DNA of 64,000 nucleotides from Parachlamydiaceae bacterium (GCA_965200675.1 CBDAUP010000001.1:67750-131749), one strand, 5' to 3'; positions 19,711 to 31,000 are shown, counted from the stretch's first letter. Notes: generated by a model from the sequence alone, not told the origin. Numbers and translations: made by a program.

Positions 19711-19783
19711 CACTCCGCTACCGAGTGCAGAAAAATATGATCACATATGGAAAGAATTAGGAATTACATGGACTAAACCTGTA

Positions 19784-20242
19784 TTGCGCGATTATTCCCT
19801 TAACGAGGCTCTATTGCCTGAAGGTTGGACCCATAAAGATACTCATACAGGTAACAGTCCTCTCATATGTCTTATAGATCCTCAAGGTTTACCGAGAGTA
19901 GAAGTGACTATAACAGGGACAATGCACGACTATAGTGATGAGGTAAAGATACTAAATATAGAAGAAGAGAGAAAAAAATTAGAAGAGAAAAAATTTGCCA
20001 CTTTACTAAAAAGTCACAATATAGCCATTAGCACGACAGCAGGCACTGGAGCACGTGGTCAAACTTATATTGACACAGCTTATCAAGAATTGATGGAATT
20101 TACAGATGAGCATCCTGAATTTAAATCCAAATTGCCTCAGAAAGGTTACTCTTCTGATGATGGTCTAAATGGAATAGGTGTAGGGTTAGCTAACGTTGCT
20201 GCTGATTTACGAAGACAAAACGATGATTGTCCTATTCAGTAA
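19784..20242 (+). CDS. hypothetical protein
   Basis: 152-aa ORF with a non-ATG start in the track; no domain recognised. Confidence 0.4.
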   Translation: MRDYSLNEALLPEGWTHKDTHTGNSPLICLIDPQGLPRVEVTITGTMHDYSDEVKILNIEEERKKLEEKKFATLLKSHNIAISTTAGTGARGQTYIDTAYQELMEFTDEHPEFKSKLPQKGYSSDDGLNGIGVGLANVAADLRRQNDDCPIQ

Positions 20243-20461
20243 GTTAATCTATAATCCCATCAGCTCTCCTAAAGTTGGTGGGATGCTTCTCATACTTTCT
20301 AAGTCTAACAACATTTATTTTACCACTTGTTAAAATATTTCTACTTTTTTCTCGAGTTGTATTCACTACGGCAATTGGGGAAAAATGCCTTGCACTCTAC
20401 ACTCTCTTAATTTTTATCGACTACAATCCTTAAAGACAGTATTGTTCTTAAAAATTTAAGG

Positions 20462-22042
20462 ATGGGTAGTATGTTAGCATTTAGAACAGCTGCATCGACA
20501 AATGATTTAGCAGAGATGGAAAGATTATGGTGTCATAAAGGCTCTGATTTTAATATCGATGAACCAGGTCCCAAATCTGGCAAAACGGCTGCGCATGTAG
20601 CAGCTGAAAGAGGTCATTTTCTAGCACTCTATTGGCTAATTGAAAAAAAAGCTAATTTCTATAGCCAAGATAGAGCAGGGAAAACAGCAAGCGATTACTT
20701 GCAACAAAAAGAATTCACTTCTATTGTTTCAGATCCCATGTCGAGGGGAGATAGGCAGTATTATCTCTGTAATGCGCATTATAAAATCTGGCTAGCTCAC
20801 GATCCTGACTGTTTTATGCCTTATCTCTATCAAGAGGACTTCAAACAGTATCGAGAAAAAAATCCCGATGGATCTATTTCACTCGTATACTCTGAGTTTC
20901 TATTGAGCAGTAAAAGCTTAGCAGATTTAGTCCAGTTTGCACAAAAATATCAAATTACTCTGCTCTCTTTTGAGACAGACCTAGCTAAGCTCACAGAGCA
21001 ATTTGGTACAGAGGGAGACAAGCGATGCTACAAGTTAGCCTCTTGTGAACTTAATCATTATCCTAATCAGGGAGGCGGTAATTTAGCCGTAGTTGCCGAT
21101 TTGATTCGCTGGAGTTCAGTCTTGCTACGCAAAGGAAACTATACAGATACAGATGTGGAGATTGGGCAGCATAAGTGGACTTCTTCGATCTCTATCGAGA
21201 AACCCATGGCTTTGAATTTGGGATCTTTGATCTATCCTGATAGGTATGACGTTTGGCTAAATGGAGATATCATTGCTGTCTCTTCTCTCTTTCCACACTC
21301 TCATCCTCAAGGAGACTTTAGATTGACACTATCAAAGACTGCTTGCTTTATCTTACAAAAAGTGCAATCAGCTTTAGTAGCCAATTGTCAAATAAACATG
21401 GACAAAAGAATCCAGAACCAACAAGTTGTTATGAAAAATAGTTCAGATTTATCTACTTATTTGAAAGATTTTTTTAAATGTTATAGCTTTAATCCTTATT
21501 TTACCGAAAATTTTTCAGCTGAAGAAATGAATAGAGTTCAAGTAGAGGGATTAGAGACATGTTCTAAAGAGGAAAGAAGCTCTATTATTGAAAGGATAGC
21601 CAATTGGATCGGAAAAGAGGTAGAACAAGGGTTTCCTACACCTGAGATAGCTCATAAACATAGTCTAGTTCTGCAGAAGATGAAAAGGAATGACTATGAA
21701 AAATTTTTAATCTATCGCATGCAAGCAACACAAATGATCAACATTAAAGAGAATGTCAAACAGCTTTCTGGTTCCTACGTTTTCATTCAACCGATATGGG
21801 ATTGTATTAAAGCGGATTATTGGAAACACTACTCTATTTACTCTCATGATATAGTCCCCTCTGCCTTTCGCTCGAGAAATACAGTCCACTTTAATACAGA
21901 TTGTAAAGAGCACGAATGGAGCATTAAAACAGCAAGGCTTGCTGATTTAAGCTTCACTCCTTTAGGAATGATAGATGTATTAGAACGCTCTCAAGAGTTA
22001 AAAGCCACTCATCTTAAGAAAATTAATACTCCTCAAGGATGA
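20462..22042 (+). CDS. ankyrin-repeat / DXD glycosyltransferase (clostridial-toxin / Legionella Lgt-SetA-like) candidate effector
   Basis: N-terminal ankyrin repeats (GKTAAHVAAERGHFLALYWLIEKKANFYSQDRAGKTASDY). These are followed by GNLAVVADLIRWSSVLLRKGNYTDTDVE, matching the N.AA.SD.LR......GG.Y.D.D signature of toxin-type GT-A glycosyltransferases. D-T-D lies at nt 21146..21154. Confidence 0.55.
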   Translation: MGSMLAFRTAASTNDLAEMERLWCHKGSDFNIDEPGPKSGKTAAHVAAERGHFLALYWLIEKKANFYSQDRAGKTASDYLQQKEFTSIVSDPMSRGDRQYYLCNAHYKIWLAHDPDCFMPYLYQEDFKQYREKNPDGSISLVYSEFLLSSKSLADLVQFAQKYQITLLSFETDLAKLTEQFGTEGDKRCYKLASCELNHYPNQGGGNLAVVADLIRWSSVLLRKGNYTDTDVEIGQHKWTSSISIEKPMALNLGSLIYPDRYDVWLNGDIIAVSSLFPHSHPQGDFRLTLSKTACFILQKVQSALVANCQINMDKRIQNQQVVMKNSSDLSTYLKDFFKCYSFNPYFTENFSAEEMNRVQVEGLETCSKEERSSIIERIANWIGKEVEQGFPTPEIAHKHSLVLQKMKRNDYEKFLIYRMQATQMINIKENVKQLSGSYVFIQPIWDCIKADYWKHYSIYSHDIVPSAFRSRNTVHFNTDCKEHEWSIKTARLADLSFTPLGMIDVLERSQELKATHLKKINTPQG

Positions 22043-22195
22043 TCCATTTAGATGTAATCTCAGCTGAAGGTTTGTCCATTGGAACCTTTACAGCTGCTAA
22101 TTAAGGGATAAAAGCTTTAATAAGTTCATCATTACTTGGAGGCACAGGTCCAAATGGAAATGCCTTTGGACAATAGTACATTCCAAGTGATAAAA

Positions 22196-22312
22196 ATGAC
22201 ATATTCATATGACTTAAGAAAAAAATCGCTAGAATATTTAGAAAAAGGAGGAACAAAAAAGGAAGCAAGAGAAATAGTTAGTGTAACAGAAAGAACATTG
22301 TTAAATAGGTAG
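22196..22312 (+). pseudogene. IS630-family transposase N-terminal remnant
   Basis: MTYSYDLRKKSLEYLEKGGTKKEAREIVSVTERTLLNR* resembles the IS630/Tc1 HTH N-terminus (YS.DLRK.....E.GG). Only 38 codons remain. Confidence 0.5.
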
Positions 22313-22327
22313 AAATATGGATGCATT

Positions 22328-22414
22328 AGGCGGACATTTGATTGGTTAGGGAGACAACGTTGCTTATCAAAAGAGTATGAGTATTGTCTAACAACTTCTG
22401 AAGCTATGATTTAA
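22328..22414 (+). pseudogene. IS5-family transposase C-terminal remnant
   Basis: RRTFDWLGRQRCLSKEYEYCLTTSEAMI* matches the conserved IS5-group tail (ERTFAWL...RRL..DYE.....SEAMI). Confidence 0.5.
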
Positions 22415-22438
22415 TTGACCTTTACCTCGTCCATTTTC

Positions 22439-22711
22439 TTAAACTTGGTATATATTTTTCCGATGGTCAACTTCTACAATAAACACAACAATCCTCTCTT
22501 CATATACCTTGTAAATTATACGGTAATCACCAACTCTTAGCCTGCGATGATCTTTCCATTGTTTTATTAATGGTTTACCGACTTCTTCTGGCGACGTACA
22601 GAGCCTCTCTTCAATTGCCCGAATAATTCTTTCTTGGATGTTTTTGGGGAAACCTTTGATATTTTTTCTGGCATCTTGTGAATATTCAATTCTATACCTA
22701 GCTCCTGACAT
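22439..22711 (-). CDS. RelE/ParE-family toxin
   Basis: 90 aa. YRIEYSQDARKNIKGFPKNIQERIIRAIEERL...LRVGDYRIIYKVYEERIVVFIVEVDHRKNIY is a canonical RelE/ParE pattern. Confidence 0.85.
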   Translation of the reverse strand: MSGARYRIEYSQDARKNIKGFPKNIQERIIRAIEERLCTSPEEVGKPLIKQWKDHRRLRVGDYRIIYKVYEERIVVFIVEVDHRKNIYQV

Positions 22712-22929
22712 AATTCCTCATGTGATATCGTCTGACTTCCCTCTTCAATCCATCGTTTTTCCGCTTCTTCGGCTCTTTTAGCAATTAACATATCTTCATA
22801 TTCTTCTAACCAATCTTCAATCATTTTTTTAGCCAGAGAAGACATGCTCATTTGTTTCTTATCACAAAGTAGTTGCATGACTTCCATATCACTACGATTT
22901 AGAGTAATGTTTATTCTAGGATTTCTCAT
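22567..22929 (-). CDS. RHH antitoxin (ORF runs 145 nt into the toxin gene)
   Basis: N-terminal INITLNRSDMEVMQLLCDKKQMSMSSLAKKMIEDWL is RHH-like. The ORF has no stop near the toxin start and continues as a K/R-rich tail out of frame over the toxin gene. Confidence 0.6.
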   Translation of the reverse strand: MRNPRINITLNRSDMEVMQLLCDKKQMSMSSLAKKMIEDWLEEYEDMLIAKRAEEAEKRWIEEGSQTISHEELCQELGIELNIHKMPEKISKVSPKTSKKELFGQLKRGSVRRQKKSVNH

Positions 22930-23411
22930 ATCATTCTCCTTTTAATTAAAGTGTATCACAAATGCATCACTTTTGCAAGATTCGTTATGAAAAAATTTAA
23001 TGCTTTAGGTATACGAAAGATCAGAATAGTGAAAAATCACTGTGCAGGATAAAAAAGCCATCTGGGAAATAAATCAACTTTGTTTGGATAGTCTTGTAGT
23101 TTAATGCCTGTTAATAGCGCAACTTGTATTTTAAAAACACTGTCTAGATTAGTCTTGAATTTAGCTCAAGATTATAGAAAAAGAATTCTTATGGAGAACT
23201 GGATTAAAAACAGTCCCTAGAAAATAAGCAAATGCACTTAGAGGATGCTTACAAAATCCCAATAGTATAAGCCTCCTCTTTGTTTAAATGTATTGTTAAA
23301 AATTTTAATGTAACTTATCTTTCCTAATTCCTTTATAATTTAGAATTAAATGATTTAACTTTAATTAGTTTTATAATATTATTTGTATGAATTAAATAGG
23401 ATTTAAATAGT

Positions 23412-25028
23412 ATGTCTCATTTTTTAACATTAAGCCATTGTCAAAACTCTATTCAATTGAATAATTTCATTTCTCAATTAAAACCTAAATGGGATGGTAA
23501 TTTTGCTTATAAGCAAGGGAGTTACTCCTATAATCAACTAATTAATCAAGCTAATTCTCTCTACCTAACTAGTTTAGAAAAAAAACGTTTTAGCACTAAC
23601 TTACTAGAGTTAAAACAAAATCAATCTACATTAGCTCGAATTATCTGTTGTATAAAAGGCTTTTTTTTTCCTCTCATTGATTTAAAAAATACAAGTGCTA
23701 AACAAAATACAGAGAGTAGATCAACTGATCTTTTAACTTCTTTGCCCCATGAAATTTTATTGCATATTTTCTCTTATATTAAAGATCTCAAACAACTAGC
23801 TAATATAAGGTTAATTCATCCTAACTTATGGGATACATCCCATGAATTTATTAAAAAGTTAAATTATCTTTCTAAAGAATCTCCAGAAGAGTTGAATCGT
23901 ATCTTGAAAGCTTTTCCTTCATTAACCTCTTTTAAATTAAATTATGCAACTAGTGAGCATCTTGAAGTTATTCTTCGCTCTTTACCCTATTTAACTACCT
24001 TAGAATTGGCAGGAGATATAACAAATGAAGATCTTGAATTGATAGTAAAATGGTTACCTCACTTAGAAAAGCTCACTATTAATAACTCTGATAAACTGAC
24101 TAATTGCCATGCATTATCCCAATTAAAAAATATGAAGCAGTTAAATCTGGTTAGCTGTTCTAAAATTCAAGATATTAGCTTTTTGCAAGCCTTAACTCAA
24201 TTAGTTTCTCTAAATCTTCAAGGGTGTACTAGAATTCAAAATTTTGAATTTATAAATAGCTTAACTCAATTGACTTATTTAAATCTTTATAATTGTAATC
24301 AAATTAAAGATATTAGCTTTTTACAAAAATTAACTCAATTAACTTATCTAGATCTCGTTTATTGTCTACTAATTAAAGATTTTAGCAATGTAAATAAATT
24401 AATTCAATTAAAATATTTAAGTCTTAGTTCAATAAATCTTAGTGAAAGTAATGAATTTCAAGATTTTAGGTTTCTAAAAGGTTTACCTCATTTAACCTCC
24501 TTAAATCTTATTAATTGTACTCAAACTATTGATACCAGCTTTTTAAAAGAGTTAACTAACTTAACTTCTTTAAAACTTAATTATTGTATAGGAATTCAAG
24601 ATTTTAGCTTTATAAAAGAATTAATTCATTTAACTTCTTTAAATGTTATAGCTTGTACTGAAATTCAAGACTTTAACTTTTTAAAAGAGTTAACTAACTT
24701 AACTTCTTTAAAACTCGATCAGTGTATAGGGATTCAAGATTTTAGCTTTTTAAAAGAATTACTTCACTTAACTTCTTTAAGTGTTATGGGTTGTACTCAA
24801 ATTCAAGATTTTAGCTTTTTAAAAGAATTACTTCACTTAACTTCTTTAAGTGTTATGGGTTGTACTCAAATTCAAGACTTTAGCCTTTTAAAAAAGTTAC
24901 CTAACTTAACTTCTTTAAAACTTGATTATTGTACAGGAATTCAAGATTTTAGCTTTCTGAAAGAATTAATTCATTTAACTTCTTTAAGTGTTATAGGTCT
25001 TGAGATAAATAGAGAAGATTTTTTATAA
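23412..25028 (+). CDS. F-box / leucine-rich-repeat protein (FBXL-like)
   Basis: F-box LLTSLPHEILLHIFSYIKDLKQLANIRL, then more than 12 cysteine-containing LRRs (L..LTSL.L..C..IQDFSFLKEL). Confidence 0.85.
   Translation: MSHFLTLSHCQNSIQLNNFISQLKPKWDGNFAYKQGSYSYNQLINQANSLYLTSLEKKRFSTNLLELKQNQSTLARIICCIKGFFFPLIDLKNTSAKQNTESRSTDLLTSLPHEILLHIFSYIKDLKQLANIRLIHPNLWDTSHEFIKKLNYLSKESPEELNRILKAFPSLTSFKLNYATSEHLEVILRSLPYLTTLELAGDITNEDLELIVKWLPHLEKLTINNSDKLTNCHALSQLKNMKQLNLVSCSKIQDISFLQALTQLVSLNLQGCTRIQNFEFINSLTQLTYLNLYNCNQIKDISFLQKLTQLTYLDLVYCLLIKDFSNVNKLIQLKYLSLSSINLSESNEFQDFRFLKGLPHLTSLNLINCTQTIDTSFLKELTNLTSLKLNYCIGIQDFSFIKELIHLTSLNVIACTEIQDFNFLKELTNLTSLKLDQCIGIQDFSFLKELLHLTSLSVMGCTQIQDFSFLKELLHLTSLSVMGCTQIQDFSLLKKLPNLTSLKLDYCTGIQDFSFLKELIHLTSLSVIGLEINREDFL
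24540..24990 (+). repeat. near-identical tandem nucleotide repeats encoding LRR units
   Basis: Blocks such as cttcacttaacttctttaagtgttatgggttgtactcaaattcaaga occur twice nearly identically (about 24765..24815 and 24826..24876), inside a longer periodic array. Confidence 0.8.
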
Positions 25029-25057
25029 ATCCTTAAATTTTTATATTCCATTGCAAT

Positions 25058-28000
25058 TTAGCAAGCTATTAAACTGTTATAACTAAGAGAAGTTAGCAAT
25101 TGAGGATGTAAAGGCAACAGGATCTCTTGCATAAACTGTTTAAGTAAAGGTTTTTTGTCAGCTGTGAGCCATCTCTTTAATAGAGTCTCCTGCTGTTCAG
25201 TAAAGTTCAAATCGCCATCGAGCAGCTTCACTTGTAGCTCTAACAGAGCTAAGTTTGGATCTGTTTTGAGCTTGTCTGTTGTCTGCCCATCAAAGCTAGC
25301 CATCACGCCTTGATTGATTAACCAAAGGGTGCCCTTTGTTCTCTTTTGTTGACACAGTTGAGCTGCTTCCAGCTGATCGCAGATATGAAACTCTGTTAGT
25401 TTATGCTCTTGATACTCGATGAGTACATAGTGTAGTGGTTTCATGTAGCCGATAAGCCAACCGGGCATAGCTAGAGAATCACCCTGGACAGTTACCAAGG
25501 CATTTTCTGAGATAGATAATTGGTCAGAGAAAAGAGGGATAAACTTCTGCAATTTAGGGTGCTGGAAAACCTCTGTCAAAGGATGAAAGGTAATCTGATC
25601 GCTGTGGGGCAGAAACTGCTTACCCAACAGGTTAGCCAGGCTCGAAGCTAATTGGGTACTTTGCGTTTCGACCTGTTTCTCCTCTTGCTCTTCCGCTTGC
25701 AAATTGAGTAGCTGCTGTTGAGTTGTCTGCTTAGTGGCCGTTGTTTGTGTTTCAGCAGAGGCCATACTGGTGTGCTGGGTGTTGTCATTCAGCTTGACCT
25801 CTTTAGGATAGAGCATCTGCTCTTTAGCCCTTTCCCATTCAGCTAATAAAGACTCCATTTGGTATTTCTGTGCTAAAGGCTGTCCTTTTAAAGCCGTTTG
25901 GATTTGAATCAGCCGTTGCCTAAATTGTTGTTGGAGCTTCTGTAAGCCTTGATCTATAGGAGAGAGATGGGCTTGCAAGCTGGCTTGCTGCAAAGGCAGG
26001 TCTGCTGTATCTTCAACAAATAATTTTCTTAGAAGCGTGAAATTTTGTTCAAATTCCTTGGAAGTACCCTTTAACGATTCCTGCCAGAAGAGATTCTCCA
26101 AAATAGCTTGGCCCTTTAAATCCAAGGAGGGAAAATTGTGTTGTCCTTTATTTAAAGCCAGTTTTTTGACGGCATATTCTAGGATATCTAAATAGGAGAG
26201 AGCTGTGTCTGGCTCTTTAGCTAAACAGTGTTTGATCGCTAAGGCTGCATTTTTAGTCAGCAGCAAGCGGGCTGTTTGGCCCAGGTGAATGCCGCGCAGT
26301 CGCCCAATACCTTGCACTAATGAAGAAAGGTCATTGTGCTCATTGATAAACACCAGCGCTTGAGCGGTTGGGGCTAACTGGCGATCCGTACCGGTGGTAT
26401 CTTTTTGGGCATAGAGCCAAAAAAGCTGCGATTCTGGCAAATGCGCTAAGACATGAGGGATAAACTTCTTCATGCCTTGCTTTAACACAATCGGCAAGCC
26501 CTGTTGATCAAAGGTGGCCACCCCTTTAAAGTGTGGGAACTGGATCAGCAACTCTTGAGCCACTTGTAACAGGGCTGGATAATCGCGTAAGACTGCGCCA
26601 ATCTCAATCAAAACCGAAGGATGAGTGAGTCCACTAGCTTTGGCTGCCTGAGGTAACAGTTGTATAATCTCCCTACTCTCTTCCGTAGCACATTCATAGA
26701 TGGGCTCAGCTTGGGCATACTTACGCTGCATGGTGATCACGGTCCGGGCTATGGCTAATTCATCCTGAACAATTTCAAACTGGCTAGGCAAGTTTTGGAG
26801 GGAAAGTGTACCGGAAGCGCCAACGACTTCTTTAAAACAAGCGACTAACAGGTGAGGCGTACTGACAATCTTTTCTTCGTAACGGCGCAAATGGGGTAAA
26901 ACGCTCAGAGCGATAAACTGCAAGCGCAAGGGGATGTTCTGTTCTAACTGGGTTAGGAAATGCTCTAAATCAGCGGGTTTCAGGTTGAGTAAGCTTTTAG
27001 GTGCTTGAGGTCCCAGGAGTTTAGTCAACAAGAGAAACTGCTGGTAGCCTCTGGTCTCCTTGAGATTTATTTCTTTCTTCTCCATCTCGGTCGATGCTTC
27101 ATTAGCTAACTGCTCAAAAAAGCGCTGGACATAGTCGAGTGAAAAGGGCGTACGCAGGTTGAGTTGGATGGTGAAGTTCAGGATTTGATCGGGCGAGCAG
27201 TACTCATTGCCCTCTTTCGGATGGCGCGCATCCTCGAGCGGAATGGCAATGCGCTGCTGGGCTAAGTCCAGTGTGCCATAGTGTTCATTGGCATTTTGAC
27301 TCAACGTTTGAAACAGATAATGGTGCAATTGATCGTGCAGGATGCGGATTTGAGTGGCTGACAAAGCTGGTTCAAGGGTAGTTAAATACTGTTCATACTG
27401 CATTTGCGCTTGGCTATCTAGTTGACCGAGCAGATAGGCTTTAGCTTGGTCATCTAGCACTAGACTTGTCTGCTTCAAGATAGCTTCGACCAGCTCAGGT
27501 AGCAGCTGCTGATAGGTCTTTTCTGTCAATAGAGGGAGCTGCTTAGAAGCAGTTGTTTGCCAGCACTCGACGCGGTAGCGCTGGTCGATCACTTGAAAGA
27601 AGGCTTGATAGAGATGGGCACTGAGTACTAAGCGTTCGGGCTTAAAGAACTGATTCATGCCAATCGAGTAGTTGGACTCTTGGCTATCATCTAGCACTTT
27701 GTGCGGTTCATCGATGAACAGGCTAGCCTTTTGTTTGACGTACTGCTTTAATTCTAACAGAGCAGCTAAAGCTGCTGGATTGCTCTTTTGAGCGGCTAAC
27801 TCTTTGGGCTTTAACACCAACAGGTTATGCGCTGTTTGGTCGCTCATGAAGACTGGTTGGCGCTTGCGCTGGGCTCGTTTGAGATCCTTCAAGATCGTTT
27901 GGATGTCTTCTGCCATACTAGGCGATTCTCTCGAAAAATCCAGCCGATAGCCGAATAAACGATACGCTTGTTGTAAGAATTGTTGTAAGCCAGCCTCTTG

Positions 28001-31000
28001 CTGCTCAAATAAAGTAGCTGGCGCAATCATAATCGCCAACGTATCCTCTTTAGCGGTTAACAATAGCCATAAGCGCTCTAAGGCTGTTGATTTGCCAAAA
28101 CCAGTCCTTGCTTCAAATAGGGTCCAACCCTTTTGATTCAATAACTGTAAAGCCTCGACTTGCTCTCGGCGCAATAGAATATGGCTTAAGGCTTCAAAGA
28201 TAAGTAGCTCAGGTGAGGCATTAACAGTATAGGCTCGAGTGGCTTGGCTCTGCGCAACGTAACTTTGGGCTGCTAGCTCCAAAGCCACCGGCTCGGAGTT
28301 AACATGCAGTAAGTTCTGATAAATTTGTAAGGCTTGCCGACAGCGCTGCTTTTTTTGCATCTCTGTCTTGAGTAGGGCATACTGACCGACTAAGTTAATC
28401 AGCTGCTGAATCTCTGAGTCTGTTAAAGTAGGATTGCTCTGGCGCAGCGCTTGGAAGTCTCGACGGCCCAAGGCAATTAGCAACGTCTCCATCTCAAACT
28501 TAAAGCGCAAGTCCCGTTGTAATTCTAAGATAAAGCTGCGTTCTTGATGGGTCTCATTAGCCAAGATTAAGATTGTCTTCTCTAAGGCTTTTAACTCTTG
28601 TTCCTGTTGTGCAATGGCGATGGTATACTGGTCTATGACATCTGCAATCAGCTGTTGATCTTGAGTGAGAGAAAAAGCTGTCGTTTTGTTATCGAGTTCT
28701 TTTAAATAAAGATCAGTCCCTTTAGCCAAGCGTCGAAATTCAGCCGCGGTCAATGGATCCTGTTGATGCTCAGCAACTTGCATTTGTCCCTTAGTCCAGC
28801 TCTGAATTACTTCTACTGCTTGTCTTTCAGCTGCTAACAAAGGCTGCGTTTTTGCGATAATAGAATGGTCATCGATTACTAACTGCTCTTGTATCTCTTC
28901 TAACTGTAAAGAAATATCTAACTTAGCTTGATTGTAGGTTAAAGGAGCTGGCACGATGCTAATTTTTTTAGACTCTAGGGCTTGAATTTTCTGCTTATTA
29001 GATGATTTTCCCAAACACCATTCTCGTGTATTAAAATCAGTATAGCACAAGCTATTGTTAAATTTTGTCTTAAGTCTTTGAAAAGTTTCATTAAATGTTA
29101 GCTCATCTTCTAACGAAAATAAACTTATCATCTCAGCTAAAGAAGGAGCGGATGGACAATCTATAGCTAGAGCTAATAACCAAGCACAAGCTTTGATAGA
29201 ACTGTTTTTATCATCCTGTGTAGCGGTTAATGTGCGTTTTAATAAAAGCAACTGAGCTAGATCTTTTTCTTTAGCTATTTGATAGTAGTTTAAGAAATTA
29301 AGGATAAACTCTTCACTAGGAGCACTAAAAGAAGTTAAAGGTATAACAGTAGTCGCATTGGCTAAAATAGGCTGCTTTATCTTCCATAAAAAATTAAAAG
29401 AGGGGTAGTCTTTAAAATGATGAGCATTAGGTAAAGATTTTTGAATAAACGCCTTAGGTGTATAAAAAGAACTTAAGGTATTTTCTTTCTTTTTAGACAA
29501 TCTATAAATTCCCAAATGATTTTTCAGATCCTGATAGGTTTGCCAATCATTTTCAAAATGGTCGCGTTGCCAATGACTTGTAATTAATTTTTCACCCTGT
29601 TTTCCTTGACAAGCCATCCAAGCTAATAGCTGTATCCGCAAAGCAACCGCATGTGGATGCTGATCGATCTGTTTAGCATAGCGTTCTGCTGTCTCAAAAA
29701 TCCATTTTAGGACTTGCTCTTCCCCTTTACTAAATTCTCTTCTAATGTGGATAAAGCTGCTCTCTTTAATCATCTTTAAAGCTTGACTATACTGTTTTGT
29801 CTTCAAAGATAGATAAAAAAAGAAAAGAGTCGGCAATAAATTCTTTTTAGAATGAGAGGGAAACAATTGACCTGCTGCTAAATCGAAAGTTAGATAGTTA
29901 TTTTTGTTAGAGTGCTCTTCTATGCTGACCGCAGTCTGTTGATAAGGTAAGTGTTTTTGTTTATTGATTTGCTCGATAGGGATCCAGACTTTGCGCTGTC
30001 CCTGCTCATTTTCTAAAATAAACAGATTCTGAAAATGGGGAAAACAAGCAAGAGATTGGTTTTTAGCCACAAAAAAGCCTGGATATTCTTTACAAGTTAA
30101 ACAAGAAAGGCCCGCTTTTTCTCCTGCTAACAAGGTCAAATCTAACTTTCGTAAATCAATGCGATTGATCTGCTGTTGATCATTGAGCCAGACAAGGAGA
30201 TCCTCCTCTTTTGCAATTTCTGTCAGTAAAGCATATAAAAGATTATCAGCTTGCTCTAATTCTCCTAAAATTTCACCTGTTAATTTTCCTTTTTTTAAAC
30301 GCTGGACTGTTTGTCCGATCAGCTGCATTTCTATCACTCTACTTATTTTATTTTCTAAGTAGAGTCTATCTTCTTGCTGCCAAACATGATGAGTGGATTT
30401 AAAACGCTGAAGTAATTTAAACTGATCTAAAGAGGTTAAAAGATGTTGTTCTTTTTTTTTCTTTATTTTGGATAAGCTGATAAAATTAGGAGGGAGACAT
30501 GTTATTTTGTAATTCTGGTCTTGATGTCTAAATAAATAAATTTCTCGCTTGCCTTCTCTAGAAAATTTAGCAAAAATAGCTTGTTGGCCAAAGATATCCT
30601 TATAGTTAGATGATTTTTTAATTTTTTCGGGAATTAAAATGACTTGATCATCGCGATACGTTTCCTCTAAACTATTTTCTACTTCACGCGTTAAAAATTT
30701 AAAAGAGCAGGAGCCTACTTCTAAATGGTCTTTCTCCCATTTTAAAGGCGATGCATGAGAAAATGCGATAAGCTCTAAGGCTTTTGCCCAAATGAAATCA
30801 GCATCTAGGCGTTGTAACATTTTTTTAAAAGAGTGGTAGCCATAGTGTAAGGTAATCTTATCGTAATGGCTAGAAAATCCTTTTAATTCTTGCTGACACT
30901 CTAGTAATAAGCTAGCCGCTACTAAAGTTAAAAACGGCTTGTCTTCTCTCAATGCTTGAGATGATTCTACAATTGGTAAGGCTCCAAAAACGGCTTGACT

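Noticed and set aside
22132..22326. 64-aa minus-strand ORF
   Set aside because: The plus strand here encodes a recognisable IS630 transposase N-terminal remnant, so the minus-strand ORF is most likely fortuitous.
24540..24990. Regularly spaced near-identical nucleotide repeats that could look like a CRISPR array
   Set aside because: They lie inside one long ORF and encode successive leucine-rich repeats. The intervening sequences are themselves repeat-derived, and there are no cas genes.
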